A stretch of DNA of 64,000 bases, taken from positions 192,001-256,000 of the forward strand of contig CAVPLT010000005.1 in assembly GCA_963706325.1 (NCBI GenBank), given 5' to 3'. Each line of letters begins with the position of its first letter. Positions within the stretch are counted from its first letter, which is position 1. This document shows positions 55,030-64,000 of the stretch, piece by piece. A program made the position numbers and the translations under genes. Below the pieces are notes generated by a model. That model worked only from the letters and a program-made list of their open reading frames with translations, was not told the DNA's origin and did not search any database. The DNA comes from an uncultured Nitrospiraceae bacterium. GTDB lineage: Bacteria > Nitrospirota > Nitrospiria > Nitrospirales > Nitrospiraceae.

Positions 55030-58000
55030 GTTTCTCCAATCGCTCCATCGCGATACGTTTGAGTGCGCGCAGGTCCAGCTTGCCGGTGCCTAACACCGGC
55101 AATGCGTCGACCTTGATGAAGTGGCTGCGCGAGGGCATGAACAAGTTCGGCAGTCCACCGGCGGCCGCTTTGGCGATGAGCTGCGGAATGACACTTTCAT
55201 CGAGTGTGTGAAGCACGGCGAGTTGTTCGCCGCGGCGGTCGTCCGGCACACCGGTGACCGCGCACATCTGTAATTCTTCGCCAGACGCCAGTTGAAGAGC
55301 CTCTTCCACCCGCCGGTGAGGCACCATTTCTCCGCCGATCTTGGAGAACCGTGAGAGACGATCAGTGATGGTGAGAAACCCATCGTCGTCGAGAGTGGCG
55401 ATATCTCCGGTGATATACCAGCCGTCGCGGATGACCTGGGCCGTCAAATCCTCATGACCGAGATAGCCGCTCATGACATTCGGTCCTTTGACGAGCAACA
55501 TGCCCGGCGTATTGGGTGCAAGCAATTCGAAGCTGTCCGGATCGACGATACGGACGGAGACACCGGGGAGCGGTCGCCCGACCGTTCCACGCCGAGAGGC
55601 CGGTTGGAAAAACCCGGTGGCCCGAAAATCGGGGCAGTTCACCGCAATGACCGGCGCGCATTCCGTGACGCCATAGCCTTCGATAGGGCTGATGCCGAAC
55701 CGGTCTTCGAAGGATTGGCAGAGTCGAAGGGGCAGTTTCTCCGCTCCCGTCAAGACCACTCGAAGGGTGCTGAACTGTTCTGGTGTACAGCGACGTTGGT
55801 AGAGCTGCAGAAAGGTCGGCGTGCAGACCAAAAAGGAGAGGCGATATTTGGCGCAAAGATCTCCGATCGCCGTGACATCGAGCGGGGACGGATGAAAGAC
55901 GGTCGCCGCGCCATTGAGGGTGACGTACCAAAACACTAAATAACCAAAGGAGTGGAAGAGCGGGAGGATACCCAAGATCCGATCCTTCGCATCCAGGGGC
56001 AGCACCTGCGAGACGGCTTGCACATTCGCGTCGATGCTGAAATGCGAGAGCATGACTCCTTTCGGTTCGCCCGTACTGCCGCTGCTGAAAATGATGGTGG
56101 CGAGGTGGTCCATCGTCACGCGTTCGCGCTGCCCGCAGGCTATTTCGATGATCCGAATCGGGGCGAGGAGAGCTAGAGTCGCTGCCATGGCCTTCTGTGG
56201 ACCGCCGATCGTGGGGGCAATGTCTTCCAGCCAGAGGATCGTCGGGCCGTCCGGCAGTTCCAACTGGGCCTTTTCCACGAACTTGCGGCTGGTGACGATC
56301 GTGCGGAGTTGCGCCTGGCGCACCGCCGATTCGAGGCCGTGCTTGCCGACGGTATAGTTGAGATTGACGCTGGTACGGCCAGCCAATGTCACGGCGACAT
56401 TGGTCAGGGCTCCAGCGACTGTGGGCGGCAGCAAGAGGCCCACATGTGGCTGATCCTGCCAATGTGTTTTCAGCGCTCGAGCTAAGGCAATGGAGCCGAT
56501 CAGGGCTTGGAGACAGGAGACGCTGCGGCTTCGTCTGATCGGCCATCGCAAGACGAAACGGGTGCCGACGCATGGCCTTGATGAAGGCACGGTGCAGGGG
56601 ACGCCGATCGGATTTGCGCAACTGCCAGGCCGCTTCACCGAGTTCCAATACAAGACGGCGGAGTTCGTGCGCCGGTGTGGTGGAGGGAACGGGCTTTCCA
56701 AATGAGACGGTGACAGGATAGGGAATGCGCTCTGGCCATTTCGTCAGGAACCGGCCGCCGACAAAACTGAAGATGCTCCCCCATACCCGATCCAGGTGGA
56801 CCGGGACGACGGGGACCTCGCGGCCCTTCACGATCCGTTCGAAACCGCGACGAAAAGGCAGCAGGTTGCCGGTGCGAGTGATTTGGCCTTCTGGGAAGAT
56901 GCAGACCAGGTCGCCCGCATCGAGGGCTTTGCCGGCCTCGCGCAACGCCTTCAAAATGACGCGAAGACCGCCTGATGACGAGATAGGAATTACATGCAAG
57001 GCCCGCATGAAGGGTTTGAACAGCCGATGGTTGACGTATTCCGCATCGACCACGAATCGAATGGGGCGATCGAGGCTGGCGATCAACAGAAAGCCGTCGA
57101 TGAAGGAGATGTGATTGGGAACCAGCAGCGCCCCGCCGGTTCCCGGGACCTGTTCTTGTCCGACGATGCGGAGGCGGTAGATCGTATTGGTGAGCAACAC
57201 GAGCATGAAGCGAAGAAATGTTTCAGGCATGAGCCACATTGCCCAGGCCGTACCGAGCGTCGTGGCAAGGGCGGTAGCGAGGAAGATGCCGACGGTGGAG
57301 AGCCCGGCGTTCGCCAAGAGACCGCCGCTCAGCGAGCCCAGTAGAATGCCGGTAAAGACACAGATGTTTTCCAGAGCGATGACTGATCCCCGCCGATCAT
57401 CTGGGGCCCGCCACTGGACCAAGGCGTTGATCGGAATGAAAATGAGCGCGCTTGAGATGCCCAGCGCGATCATCAGCGCGAGAGTGCCGCTGAAGGGCGG
57501 CGCCGACCAGCCGAGGATCAGGAGGAACAGGGCCACACCGGCAGCTCCTAACGGGACTAACCCATATTCCACACGAGAGCGCGAGAGCCGACCGACGACG
57601 ATCGCGCCCAGCCCGATGCCTACGGAGATCAAGGCCGAGGGAACGGTGGCCAGCGCGTCCGAGAGGCCGAGCACCGCCTTGGCATAGACCAGGACGTTCT
57701 GCACCACCAGACTCGCGATGGTCCAGAAAAAGACTGCGCCGGTGATGGCGAGACGCAACAGGCGATCGACGCGTAACGCCGAGAGCGCACCCCGCAAGGT
57801 ATCGAAGAGGCCGCCGGCCATGCGGGCCGGAGGGACCTGCGGCACTGCCCAAGCTGCCGCAAACCCGACCAGTGCGAGGAGGGTCAGTGCGAGGGGAGCG
57901 ATCCACGGACGTTCCCCCGCGCCGGCCAACAGGAAACCGCCGGCTGTGGTGCCCGTAAGAATGGCCAGGAACGTGAAGAGTTCCAGAACACTGTTTCCGC

Positions 58001-58460
58001 GCGCCAGTTGGTCATGCCGGAGCAACTCGGGGAGAATGCCGTATTTGGCCGGACTGAAAATGGCGCTGTGGACGCCCATGCCGGCGAGCACGACCATCGC
58101 CCAGAGACCACCCGTGGGGTGGGAAAGCAAGGCCAGTGTGGCGCTGGTCATCAGCAGAACTTCTACTGCTTTCATCGTGATGATGACCGTCCGTTTGCTG
58201 ATGCGGTCGGCAAAAAATCCTGCGACAAATGAGGTCAGGACCAGCGGCAGAGTGAAGACGACCATGGCAATTGTCGTTTGAGATTGGGACGCCGTCTCGA
58301 GTTCTTGCCCCGGGGAAAGAGTGGATGTCACCGCTCTGATACCCAAGAGCGCCACCATGAATTTCCAGGCGTTGTCATTGAAGGCACCGCAGAATTGCGC
58401 GAGCAGGAGCCCGCGTAGCGGAAGACGAATCGGTTGTGAGGTGTCAGGCTGAGGGTCGAT
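55019..58460 (-). CDS. aas: Acyl-ACP--phospholipid O-acyltransferase (MFS + PlsC + AMP-binding, Aas-like) interrupted by a frameshift near 56523
   Basis: QFCGAFNDN, PAKYGILPE (MFS); NHISFID, FPEG (acyltransferase); FSSGSTGEPKG, EGYGVTE, TGD, RFSKIGGEMV, GKLD (adenylation). The frame switches at MADQTKPQ / VSCLQALIG. Confidence 0.88.
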
Positions 58461-58540
58461 CTGAGGCTCCTTTGCGTGCGTCAGGGGTAATTCCGGAGCG
58501 AGGCCCCAGTCTGCCGAAACGTTGGACGTGATGCAATTGT

Positions 58541-60424
58541 TTATCGCGGTGGGATCGAGACAGGAACTTCTACCGGCAACCCCTCCAGTGCCATGATCCG
58601 GAGGGCGTTGGTGGTGGGACAAGGACCTGGCCTCAGACGATAGTCGAAATGCAGCGCCCCCTCGGCGACGGTTTCCTGAAAGTGCACATTCGTCACGCCG
58701 GGGAGCTGCCGTTCCAGTTCAGCCAGCTCCAAATCGTGGGTCGTCACCAAGCCAAACCCGTTTCCTCCAGCGAGTGTGGCGATGAGCGCGCGGCCTCCGA
58801 TGAGGCGCTCCCGGTTATTGGTACCTTTGAAGACCTCGTCGATCAGCCAGAGCACCGGAGGTCCTTGCGTATCCTGTGCGCAATCCAAAATGGTCTTGAG
58901 CCGTTTCACTTCGGCATAGAAGAACGAGAGGCCGCCGTCGAGCGAATCATCCACGCGAATGCAGCTGCCGATCCGCACGAGCGACCAGCGAAACGATTCG
59001 GCGCAGACAGGGCCGCCCGCCTGCGCCAGACAGGTATTGATGCCAATGGTTCTAAGAAAGGTGCTCTTGCCGGACATGTTGGAGCCCGTCACCAGAAAAA
59101 TACGGCCTCGCCCCCTTAGCAGAACGTCATTGCCGATGCGTCCCGTCTCGGGAATGAGCGGATGGGCCAGCTTCACTGCGTCGAGGATCGGCCAATCGCC
59201 GTTTGCGGGCTGGGACTTATCCGGCTGGGACAGCGAGGGCCAAGGATAGTCAGGATGCAGATAGGCAAAGGTGGCCAGGGAAGCCGCCGCGTCCAATTCG
59301 GCCAACGTTTCGAACCAGAGCGGCGCGATGGCGGCAATTTGGTCCTGCAATTGTTGCAGACGGTAGGTGTGCACGAGGTCCCAGGGGCCAATGGCATTGA
59401 TGAGGTAATGGACCAATGGATGCGCCCGCACGCTGAGCCGATTCATGATGGAGGCGGCCTGCTTAAGTGCGGCGGATGGCCTGGTGTGTTGTTCCAGGAG
59501 CGGGCGACAGAGTATGCCCAACTGCGGGGACGTGCGATAAGAACGCCGTTCTAGATAACCGAGGACGGCGCTGAGTCGCTCCAATTGCCGGTGTAAGGAC
59601 TGGGCATGGTCGAAAATTTCTTCGGACCGGCTGCGGACGGAAAGGAACAGGAAGGCATAGAGCCCAAACGACAGCATCCAGTAGTTTCCGATGCCCTGCA
59701 GTAGATCGGCGACTAGGAGTCCTGCCGTGAGGATCGCGAGCGCTGTTTCGGTCACGAGCATGGGCACCAGGCTGGAATTATCCACGCGCTTCTGCAGCAC
59801 TGCGAGCAATCGGCGACCGTCGATATCGGCGTCCTCGACCGCCTGGGCTTCCAACGACAACCGGTCTCTCAGGAGCGAGAGGGGCGTCAATTCACGAATC
59901 AAGGCCTGTCTCGCAGACCATTGCGAGGACTGAGGCGGTTGATCGAAAAACCAGGAGGCCAGTCGTTCCTGCCCCTGCGATGAGATGGTGTGGTCGATCA
60001 GGTGTAACAATGAACGGGGGCCGGCGAGGTCCAGGTCCTTGGCATAGCCATGTCGTTCCGGCACCGCGGCCTGACGGAGCGGAATATCTGCCCAATGGAG
60101 ACGAATGCGCGCCACGTGCGCCTGCTTGATGCGCTGCCAGCGGCGCAGTCGATGCAACCGATCTTCCAGTTTGTTATGATGCCAGGCCAGGATGAGAAAG
60201 CAGACGAAGAAGCTTGCAAGCGCGCCGTTGCCGAGTTGTGTCCAGCCCATCTTGTGGATGATGATAGAAGCCAGGAGCCCGACAGCAAACACTGCAAACC
60301 GCCAGCCGGTGAACCGTTCGCTGAGGCGTCGGCCGGTTGCGTCAAGGCGATCGATCCGGCGCAGGCTACGTAGGAGTCCAAGTTCTCGTGCCGGTGCTTT
60401 GTTCGGCTGGGGATTGGGTTTCAT
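58541..60424 (-). CDS. Membrane-anchored MutS-family ATPase (domain V, no mismatch-binding domain)
   Basis: N-terminal TMs; HPL, TGSNMSGKSTFLR, SFFYAEVKR, DEVFKGTN, TTHDLEL. Confidence 0.9.
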   Translation of the reverse strand: MKPNPQPNKAPARELGLLRSLRRIDRLDATGRRLSERFTGWRFAVFAVGLLASIIIHKMGWTQLGNGALASFFVCFLILAWHHNKLEDRLHRLRRWQRIKQAHVARIRLHWADIPLRQAAVPERHGYAKDLDLAGPRSLLHLIDHTISSQGQERLASWFFDQPPQSSQWSARQALIRELTPLSLLRDRLSLEAQAVEDADIDGRRLLAVLQKRVDNSSLVPMLVTETALAILTAGLLVADLLQGIGNYWMLSFGLYAFLFLSVRSRSEEIFDHAQSLHRQLERLSAVLGYLERRSYRTSPQLGILCRPLLEQHTRPSAALKQAASIMNRLSVRAHPLVHYLINAIGPWDLVHTYRLQQLQDQIAAIAPLWFETLAELDAAASLATFAYLHPDYPWPSLSQPDKSQPANGDWPILDAVKLAHPLIPETGRIGNDVLLRGRGRIFLVTGSNMSGKSTFLRTIGINTCLAQAGGPVCAESFRWSLVRIGSCIRVDDSLDGGLSFFYAEVKRLKTILDCAQDTQGPPVLWLIDEVFKGTNNRERLIGGRALIATLAGGNGFGLVTTHDLELAELERQLPGVTNVHFQETVAEGALHFDYRLRPGPCPTTNALRIMALEGLPVEVPVSIPPR

Positions 60425-60453
60425 AGTACCGCTGACGATACTGATAGTCTGAG

Positions 60454-61389
60454 ATGGCGTCAACCACCAAGACAGATCATCTTACTTCCGGCGATTCACG
60501 CTCGCCGCTCCCTGGCAACTGGATTCAGGTCGATGTACTGATTTCGCTCGATGCTGGGGAGCTTCTCGGAATCCTAGATGACCCGGCTGTCACGGGAGCA
60601 TGGCAGGAACCAGACTGCATACACCTCTATTGGCCCGCCGACCGCTGTGGACCAGACACGTGGCAGGGCCTTCGACGGGCGCTGACACAGCTTGGTCATC
60701 ACGAACCGGACCGCGCCATCACGATCAATGACCTAGCCGATCAAGATTGGAATGCTCAGTGGACGCGATTGGTCGAGCCGATCAGGATCGGACGAGTGAT
60801 CATCAGGCCAAGTTGGAAAGAAACGGCGGTGAACCCTGGTGACCTCGAATTGGTCCTTGACCCCAAGCAGGCGTTCGGTACAGGTCATCACGCGACGACG
60901 CAACTCTTGATCGAATGGCTACAGGAGATGGTAGCTCCGAGCGATCGCGTACTCGATATGGGAACCGGGAGTGGACTATTGGCCATGGTCGCGCTAAGAC
61001 TCGGTGCGGCAGAGGCGCTGGGTGTGGATGTCGACCCTGTCGCCATCGACTGTGCGCGTGACTATGCTCAGGTCAACGGTTTCGATCAGCGGCTGACTTT
61101 GTCTGTGGGGAACGCGAAAGGGGAGCAGTGGCATGACGCGTTCGCGCCTACATTGGTCCTCGCGAATTTGGATCGACAGACCTTGCTGGATGCCGGCGAG
61201 GCCCTTTGCCGCTATGCCGCCGGCGGCGCGCGCCTGCTCCTGTCCGGTCTGTTGGTCGAACAACGGGCGGAGATCGAAGCTGCCTATGGGTCTCACGGAG
61301 TTTATGTGAAGGCCGCGCGGGTACGCGATGGTTGGGTTGCGCTCGAAACGATCGGTATGGAATCTTGCGAGGGAGGCTTGTGTTCCTGA
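60454..61389 (+). CDS. prmA: Ribosomal protein L11 methyltransferase
   Basis: DQDWNAQW, IRPSW, DPKQAFGTGHHATT, DMGTGSGLL, ANL, LSG. Confidence 0.9.
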   Translation: MASTTKTDHLTSGDSRSPLPGNWIQVDVLISLDAGELLGILDDPAVTGAWQEPDCIHLYWPADRCGPDTWQGLRRALTQLGHHEPDRAITINDLADQDWNAQWTRLVEPIRIGRVIIRPSWKETAVNPGDLELVLDPKQAFGTGHHATTQLLIEWLQEMVAPSDRVLDMGTGSGLLAMVALRLGAAEALGVDVDPVAIDCARDYAQVNGFDQRLTLSVGNAKGEQWHDAFAPTLVLANLDRQTLLDAGEALCRYAAGGARLLLSGLLVEQRAEIEAAYGSHGVYVKAARVRDGWVALETIGMESCEGGLCS

Positions 61390-61898
61390 TGGGCGCCATC
61401 AAGCAGCCTGATTCTCCATATGTGCACCAGGTGAGTCTCTCTGACGGGGGCGTGCCGAAACGTGCCGTGCCTGCCGCACAGGTCACAGTTGAGGGATTGA
61501 CCGGAGATCGGCAACGTAACCGCAAGATTCATGGTGGACCAGATCGGGCCGTCTGTCTCTACTCACTGGCCGTCATCGAGGCGTTGCGCGCAGAAGGTCA
61601 TACCATCGGTCCTGGTTCGGCGGGAGACAATCTGACCATCGCCGGGCTCGATTGGGGACGTCTTAGTCCGGGCGACCGTCTCAATATCGGCGATCATGTG
61701 CAGCTGGAGATTATGAGTTATACGACACCCTGCCGATTGAACGGCCAGTGGTTTACAGATGGAGACTCGACGAGAATGAGTCAGGAGACGTACCCGGGAT
61801 GGAGCCGCCTCTATGCGCGAGTCTTGGTCGAAGGGGAGATCAGGGCCGGGGATCCGGTCGTGCTGCACGACTCCCGCACGGCAAAGGCTGTGGAATGA
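61389..61898 (+). CDS. MOSC domain protein (YiiM-like)
   Basis: GGVPK, GLTGD, HGGPDRAV, GDNLT, TPC, YARVLVEGEIRAGD; TGATG coupling. Confidence 0.9.
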   Translation: MGAIKQPDSPYVHQVSLSDGGVPKRAVPAAQVTVEGLTGDRQRNRKIHGGPDRAVCLYSLAVIEALRAEGHTIGPGSAGDNLTIAGLDWGRLSPGDRLNIGDHVQLEIMSYTTPCRLNGQWFTDGDSTRMSQETYPGWSRLYARVLVEGEIRAGDPVVLHDSRTAKAVE

Positions 61899-62554
61899 AG
61901 CGTGTACTTGAAGCTGAACTGATGGATGATGTGGAGCAGGCTAGGGCCTATGCGCGAGCTGATTTCGCCGACGAGAATCAGGGATTCGTCGATCGGTTTC
62001 GAGAATATTTTCCTGATTGGACCGGCGGGCATGTACTCGATGTGGGATGTGGGCCTGCGGATATCCCCATCCGTTTTCTCCGCGCTTTTCCCAATGCGCG
62101 AGTCACGGGCGTGGATGCCAGCCGTCCTATGCTGGATCTGGCGTCGGAGTCCGTGGCTGAAGCCGGCTTGGCGGACAAGGTGACGCTGCGCTGTGAGCGG
62201 TTTCAAGCGCTGACCCTGCCGGATCAAGCGGATGCTCTTCTGTCCAATAGTCTGTTACACCATGTTTCGAATCCGCTCCAGTTCTGGTTTCACCTGAAAC
62301 AATGGGCGAAGCCGGGAGCCTGTATCCTGATTATGGATCTGCTGCGGCCGGAATCTCCCGAAGCAGCGCGTTCCTTGGTCGATCAGTATGCGTCTGGCGA
62401 AGATCCTCTCCTGAAGCGGGATTTCTTTAACTCATTGTTGGCGGCGTTCACAGAAGATGAAGTCGCGTCACAACTGGCGCAAATGAATCTCTCCCGTCTT
62501 TTGATCGACGTTCCGGACGATCGCCATTGGGTCGTCGGTGGCGTGATACTCTAA
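61895..62554 (+). CDS. Class I SAM-dependent methyltransferase
   Basis: ELMDD..QARAYA.ADF, VLDVGCGPAD, SNSLLHH, DLLRP; ATGA coupling. Confidence 0.9.
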   Translation: MKRVLEAELMDDVEQARAYARADFADENQGFVDRFREYFPDWTGGHVLDVGCGPADIPIRFLRAFPNARVTGVDASRPMLDLASESVAEAGLADKVTLRCERFQALTLPDQADALLSNSLLHHVSNPLQFWFHLKQWAKPGACILIMDLLRPESPEAARSLVDQYASGEDPLLKRDFFNSLLAAFTEDEVASQLAQMNLSRLLIDVPDDRHWVVGGVIL

Positions 62555-62571
62555 TTCCTCTATCGACTGTC

Positions 62572-63414
62572 ATGAGCGTGATTCCTCATTTCCTGCCCAT
62601 CTGTCTGCTGGTCACCATTCTGATGCAGTCAGTCGGGACCGCGTGGGGCCAGCTTGAGCAATTGCGGCGACCACGATCCGTACCCGAAGCGACGACCTTG
62701 CCTGACGTACCGATGGCCGTCATTCCTGAAGGGTTGTTCGCCATGGGGGCCGATGGGACGGATGCACTCGAGGATGAACGGCCGCAGCATCACGTGTGGC
62801 TGGATCGTTTTGAGATGGATCGGTACGAGGTGACGACAGGGCAGTACGCCGAGTTCGTGGCTTTTGCCAAACAACCAGCCCCCTGGCAGTGGGAAAGTGT
62901 GGTTCTGGCCCAGCATCGTGACCGTCCGGTCGTGGGTGTCAGCTGGTTTGATGCGGATGCCTTCTGTCGCTGGCGCGGCAAGCGATTACCGACGGAAGCA
63001 GAGTGGGAAAAAGCTGCACGAGGAACCGATGGACGCCTCTTTCCCTGGGGAAACCAAAGCCCGACTCCTTCCTTAGCGAATTTTGCCCTTGGCGCGAGGT
63101 TTCACTACAGCCAGGTGCTGATGCCCGTGCAGCGATATTCGGAAGGTATGAGCCCCTACGGATTGTTTCAAATGGCGGGAAATGTCGGGGAATGGGTGGC
63201 TGATTGGTATGAAGGAAACTACTATGAAAGCAGCCCGCTCAAAAATCCTGCAGGCCCGGCTGTCGGATCATTTCGAGTGTTGCGTGGCGGGTCGTGGTCG
63301 GACTTGCCGAAGTATCTGCTCACGTATGGGCGATTCAAACTGCCTCCGGAGACTCGCAACAGTTATACGGGATTTCGCTGTGTCCGGACGACCCTTCCCA
63401 CCACTCCACCGTAA
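62572..63414 (+). CDS. Exported formylglycine-generating-enzyme (SUMF1) fold protein
   Basis: FAMG, DERPQH, YEVT, RLPTEAEWEKAARG, MAGNVGEW, RGGSW, GFRC. Confidence 0.92.
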   Translation: MSVIPHFLPICLLVTILMQSVGTAWGQLEQLRRPRSVPEATTLPDVPMAVIPEGLFAMGADGTDALEDERPQHHVWLDRFEMDRYEVTTGQYAEFVAFAKQPAPWQWESVVLAQHRDRPVVGVSWFDADAFCRWRGKRLPTEAEWEKAARGTDGRLFPWGNQSPTPSLANFALGARFHYSQVLMPVQRYSEGMSPYGLFQMAGNVGEWVADWYEGNYYESSPLKNPAGPAVGSFRVLRGGSWSDLPKYLLTYGRFKLPPETRNSYTGFRCVRTTLPTTPP

Positions 63415-63472
63415 GCTGGGCGCCGCTGCGCACCAGCTTACGGTCTCTCGCTCGTGCCACGTCAACCATCGA

Positions 63473-64000
63473 TCAAAACACGCTCTTGCTGACCTCGGCT
63501 GATTTGGTGCTTTCATTACCCGCCTTATCAAAGGCAGTCACGGCAAAGAAGTAGGTCGTGCCGACGGGCAGATTCGGCACCGTAAAGCTTTGTTGCTGTT
63601 GCTGATCTCGAACGGTCCCACGAACCCATAGCTGCCCGAGGTAGTTCCCACATAAATCCGGTAGCCGGCCAGATCTGCCTCGGTGTTGGGGTTCCAAGTG
63701 ACGGTGGCATTGGCGGTTCTCGCTGCCGGAGCCGGCGCACTCGCTATCGGTGTGGGCGAGGGAGGGCTCGGCGGCGGAGGCGGTGTCGATGTGGCCGTCG
63801 GTTGGCTTGGGGTCGACGGTGCAGGATTGGATGCTGGGGTCGTCTGGCCCGCGGCGATCGTGAATGTGATGGGAACGCGAAGCGTATTTGAGTAATTGTT
63901 TGGCCCCGAGTCGACGATGTACACCACCGCTGAGTAAGTGCCGGCCGCAAGTCCGGCGGCCTGAGCTGTGACGATAATCTGATCCGTTTCGGAGGAAATG
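63473..64000 (-). CDS. 3' end of a surface protein (BACON/Ig-like + Pro-rich linker + fibronectin type III), frameshifted near 63592
   Basis: GLAAGTYSAVV, poly-Pro linker, TWNPNTEADLAGYRIYVGT; the next frame gives SFTVPNL..GTTYFFAVTAFDKAGNES. Confidence 0.8.
   Translation of the reverse strand, partial: HFLRNGSDYRHSSGRRTCGRHLLSGGVHRRLGAKQLLKYASRSHHIHDRRGPDDPSIQSCTVDPKPTDGHIDTASAAEPSLAHTDSECAGSGSENRQCHRHLEPQHRGRSGRLPDLCGNYLGQLWVRGTVRDQQQQQSFTVPNLPVGTTYFFAVTAFDKAGNESTKSAEVSKSVF

Noticed and set aside
55452..56520. C-terminal 350 aa of the 1056-aa ORF as a novel domain
   Set aside because: Out-of-frame read-through over the AMP-binding domain after the frameshift.
61895..63414. Ergothioneine/ovothiol (EgtB/EgtD/OvoA) biosynthesis
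   Set aside because: The FGE-fold protein has a signal peptide and no DinB-like iron-binding domain; the methyltransferase is not EgtD-like.
1..64000. tRNA, rRNA, riboswitch, prophage or transposase genes
   Set aside because: None recognised by eye; a covariance-model scan would be needed to exclude small RNAs.

Overview
Ordinary, gene-dense, moderately GC-rich bacterial chromosome. Gene content and an intergenic repeat family suggest Nitrospira (inference). About 60 genes are present. Housekeeping: queG, thiI, trxB, coaE, prmA, a DHH/CBS tRNA nucleotidyltransferase and a long-form Lhr helicase. Signalling: an NtrC-type regulator with a Cache-type sensor, a REC-PAS protein, a HisKA_3/NarL pair followed by a lone REC protein and a Cys4 mini-protein, and an XRE-cupin regulator. 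Also GH63 and glycogen-debranching enzymes, a TVP38/flavoprotein-reductase/DUF3047 module, and many secreted hypotheticals. I found no rRNA, tRNA, CRISPR array, prophage or transposase. The non-obvious signals are: (1) a 124-bp inverted-repeat-bounded structured element plus a degenerate copy between trxB and thiI; (2) a recurring -10 box 6-7 nt before start codons that lack a Shine-Dalgarno, implying leaderless mRNAs; (3) three sigma54 promoters, one driving an unannotated 61-aa ORF; (4) multi-lesion pseudogenes (pxpC, DUF2330-like, ABM monooxygenase, ECF sigma/anti-sigma); (5) three large genes each broken by one small indel, possibly sequencing error. All family assignments come from motif recognition by eye, not database searches. 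I cannot support a claim of a complete novel system; the best leads are listed under findings.
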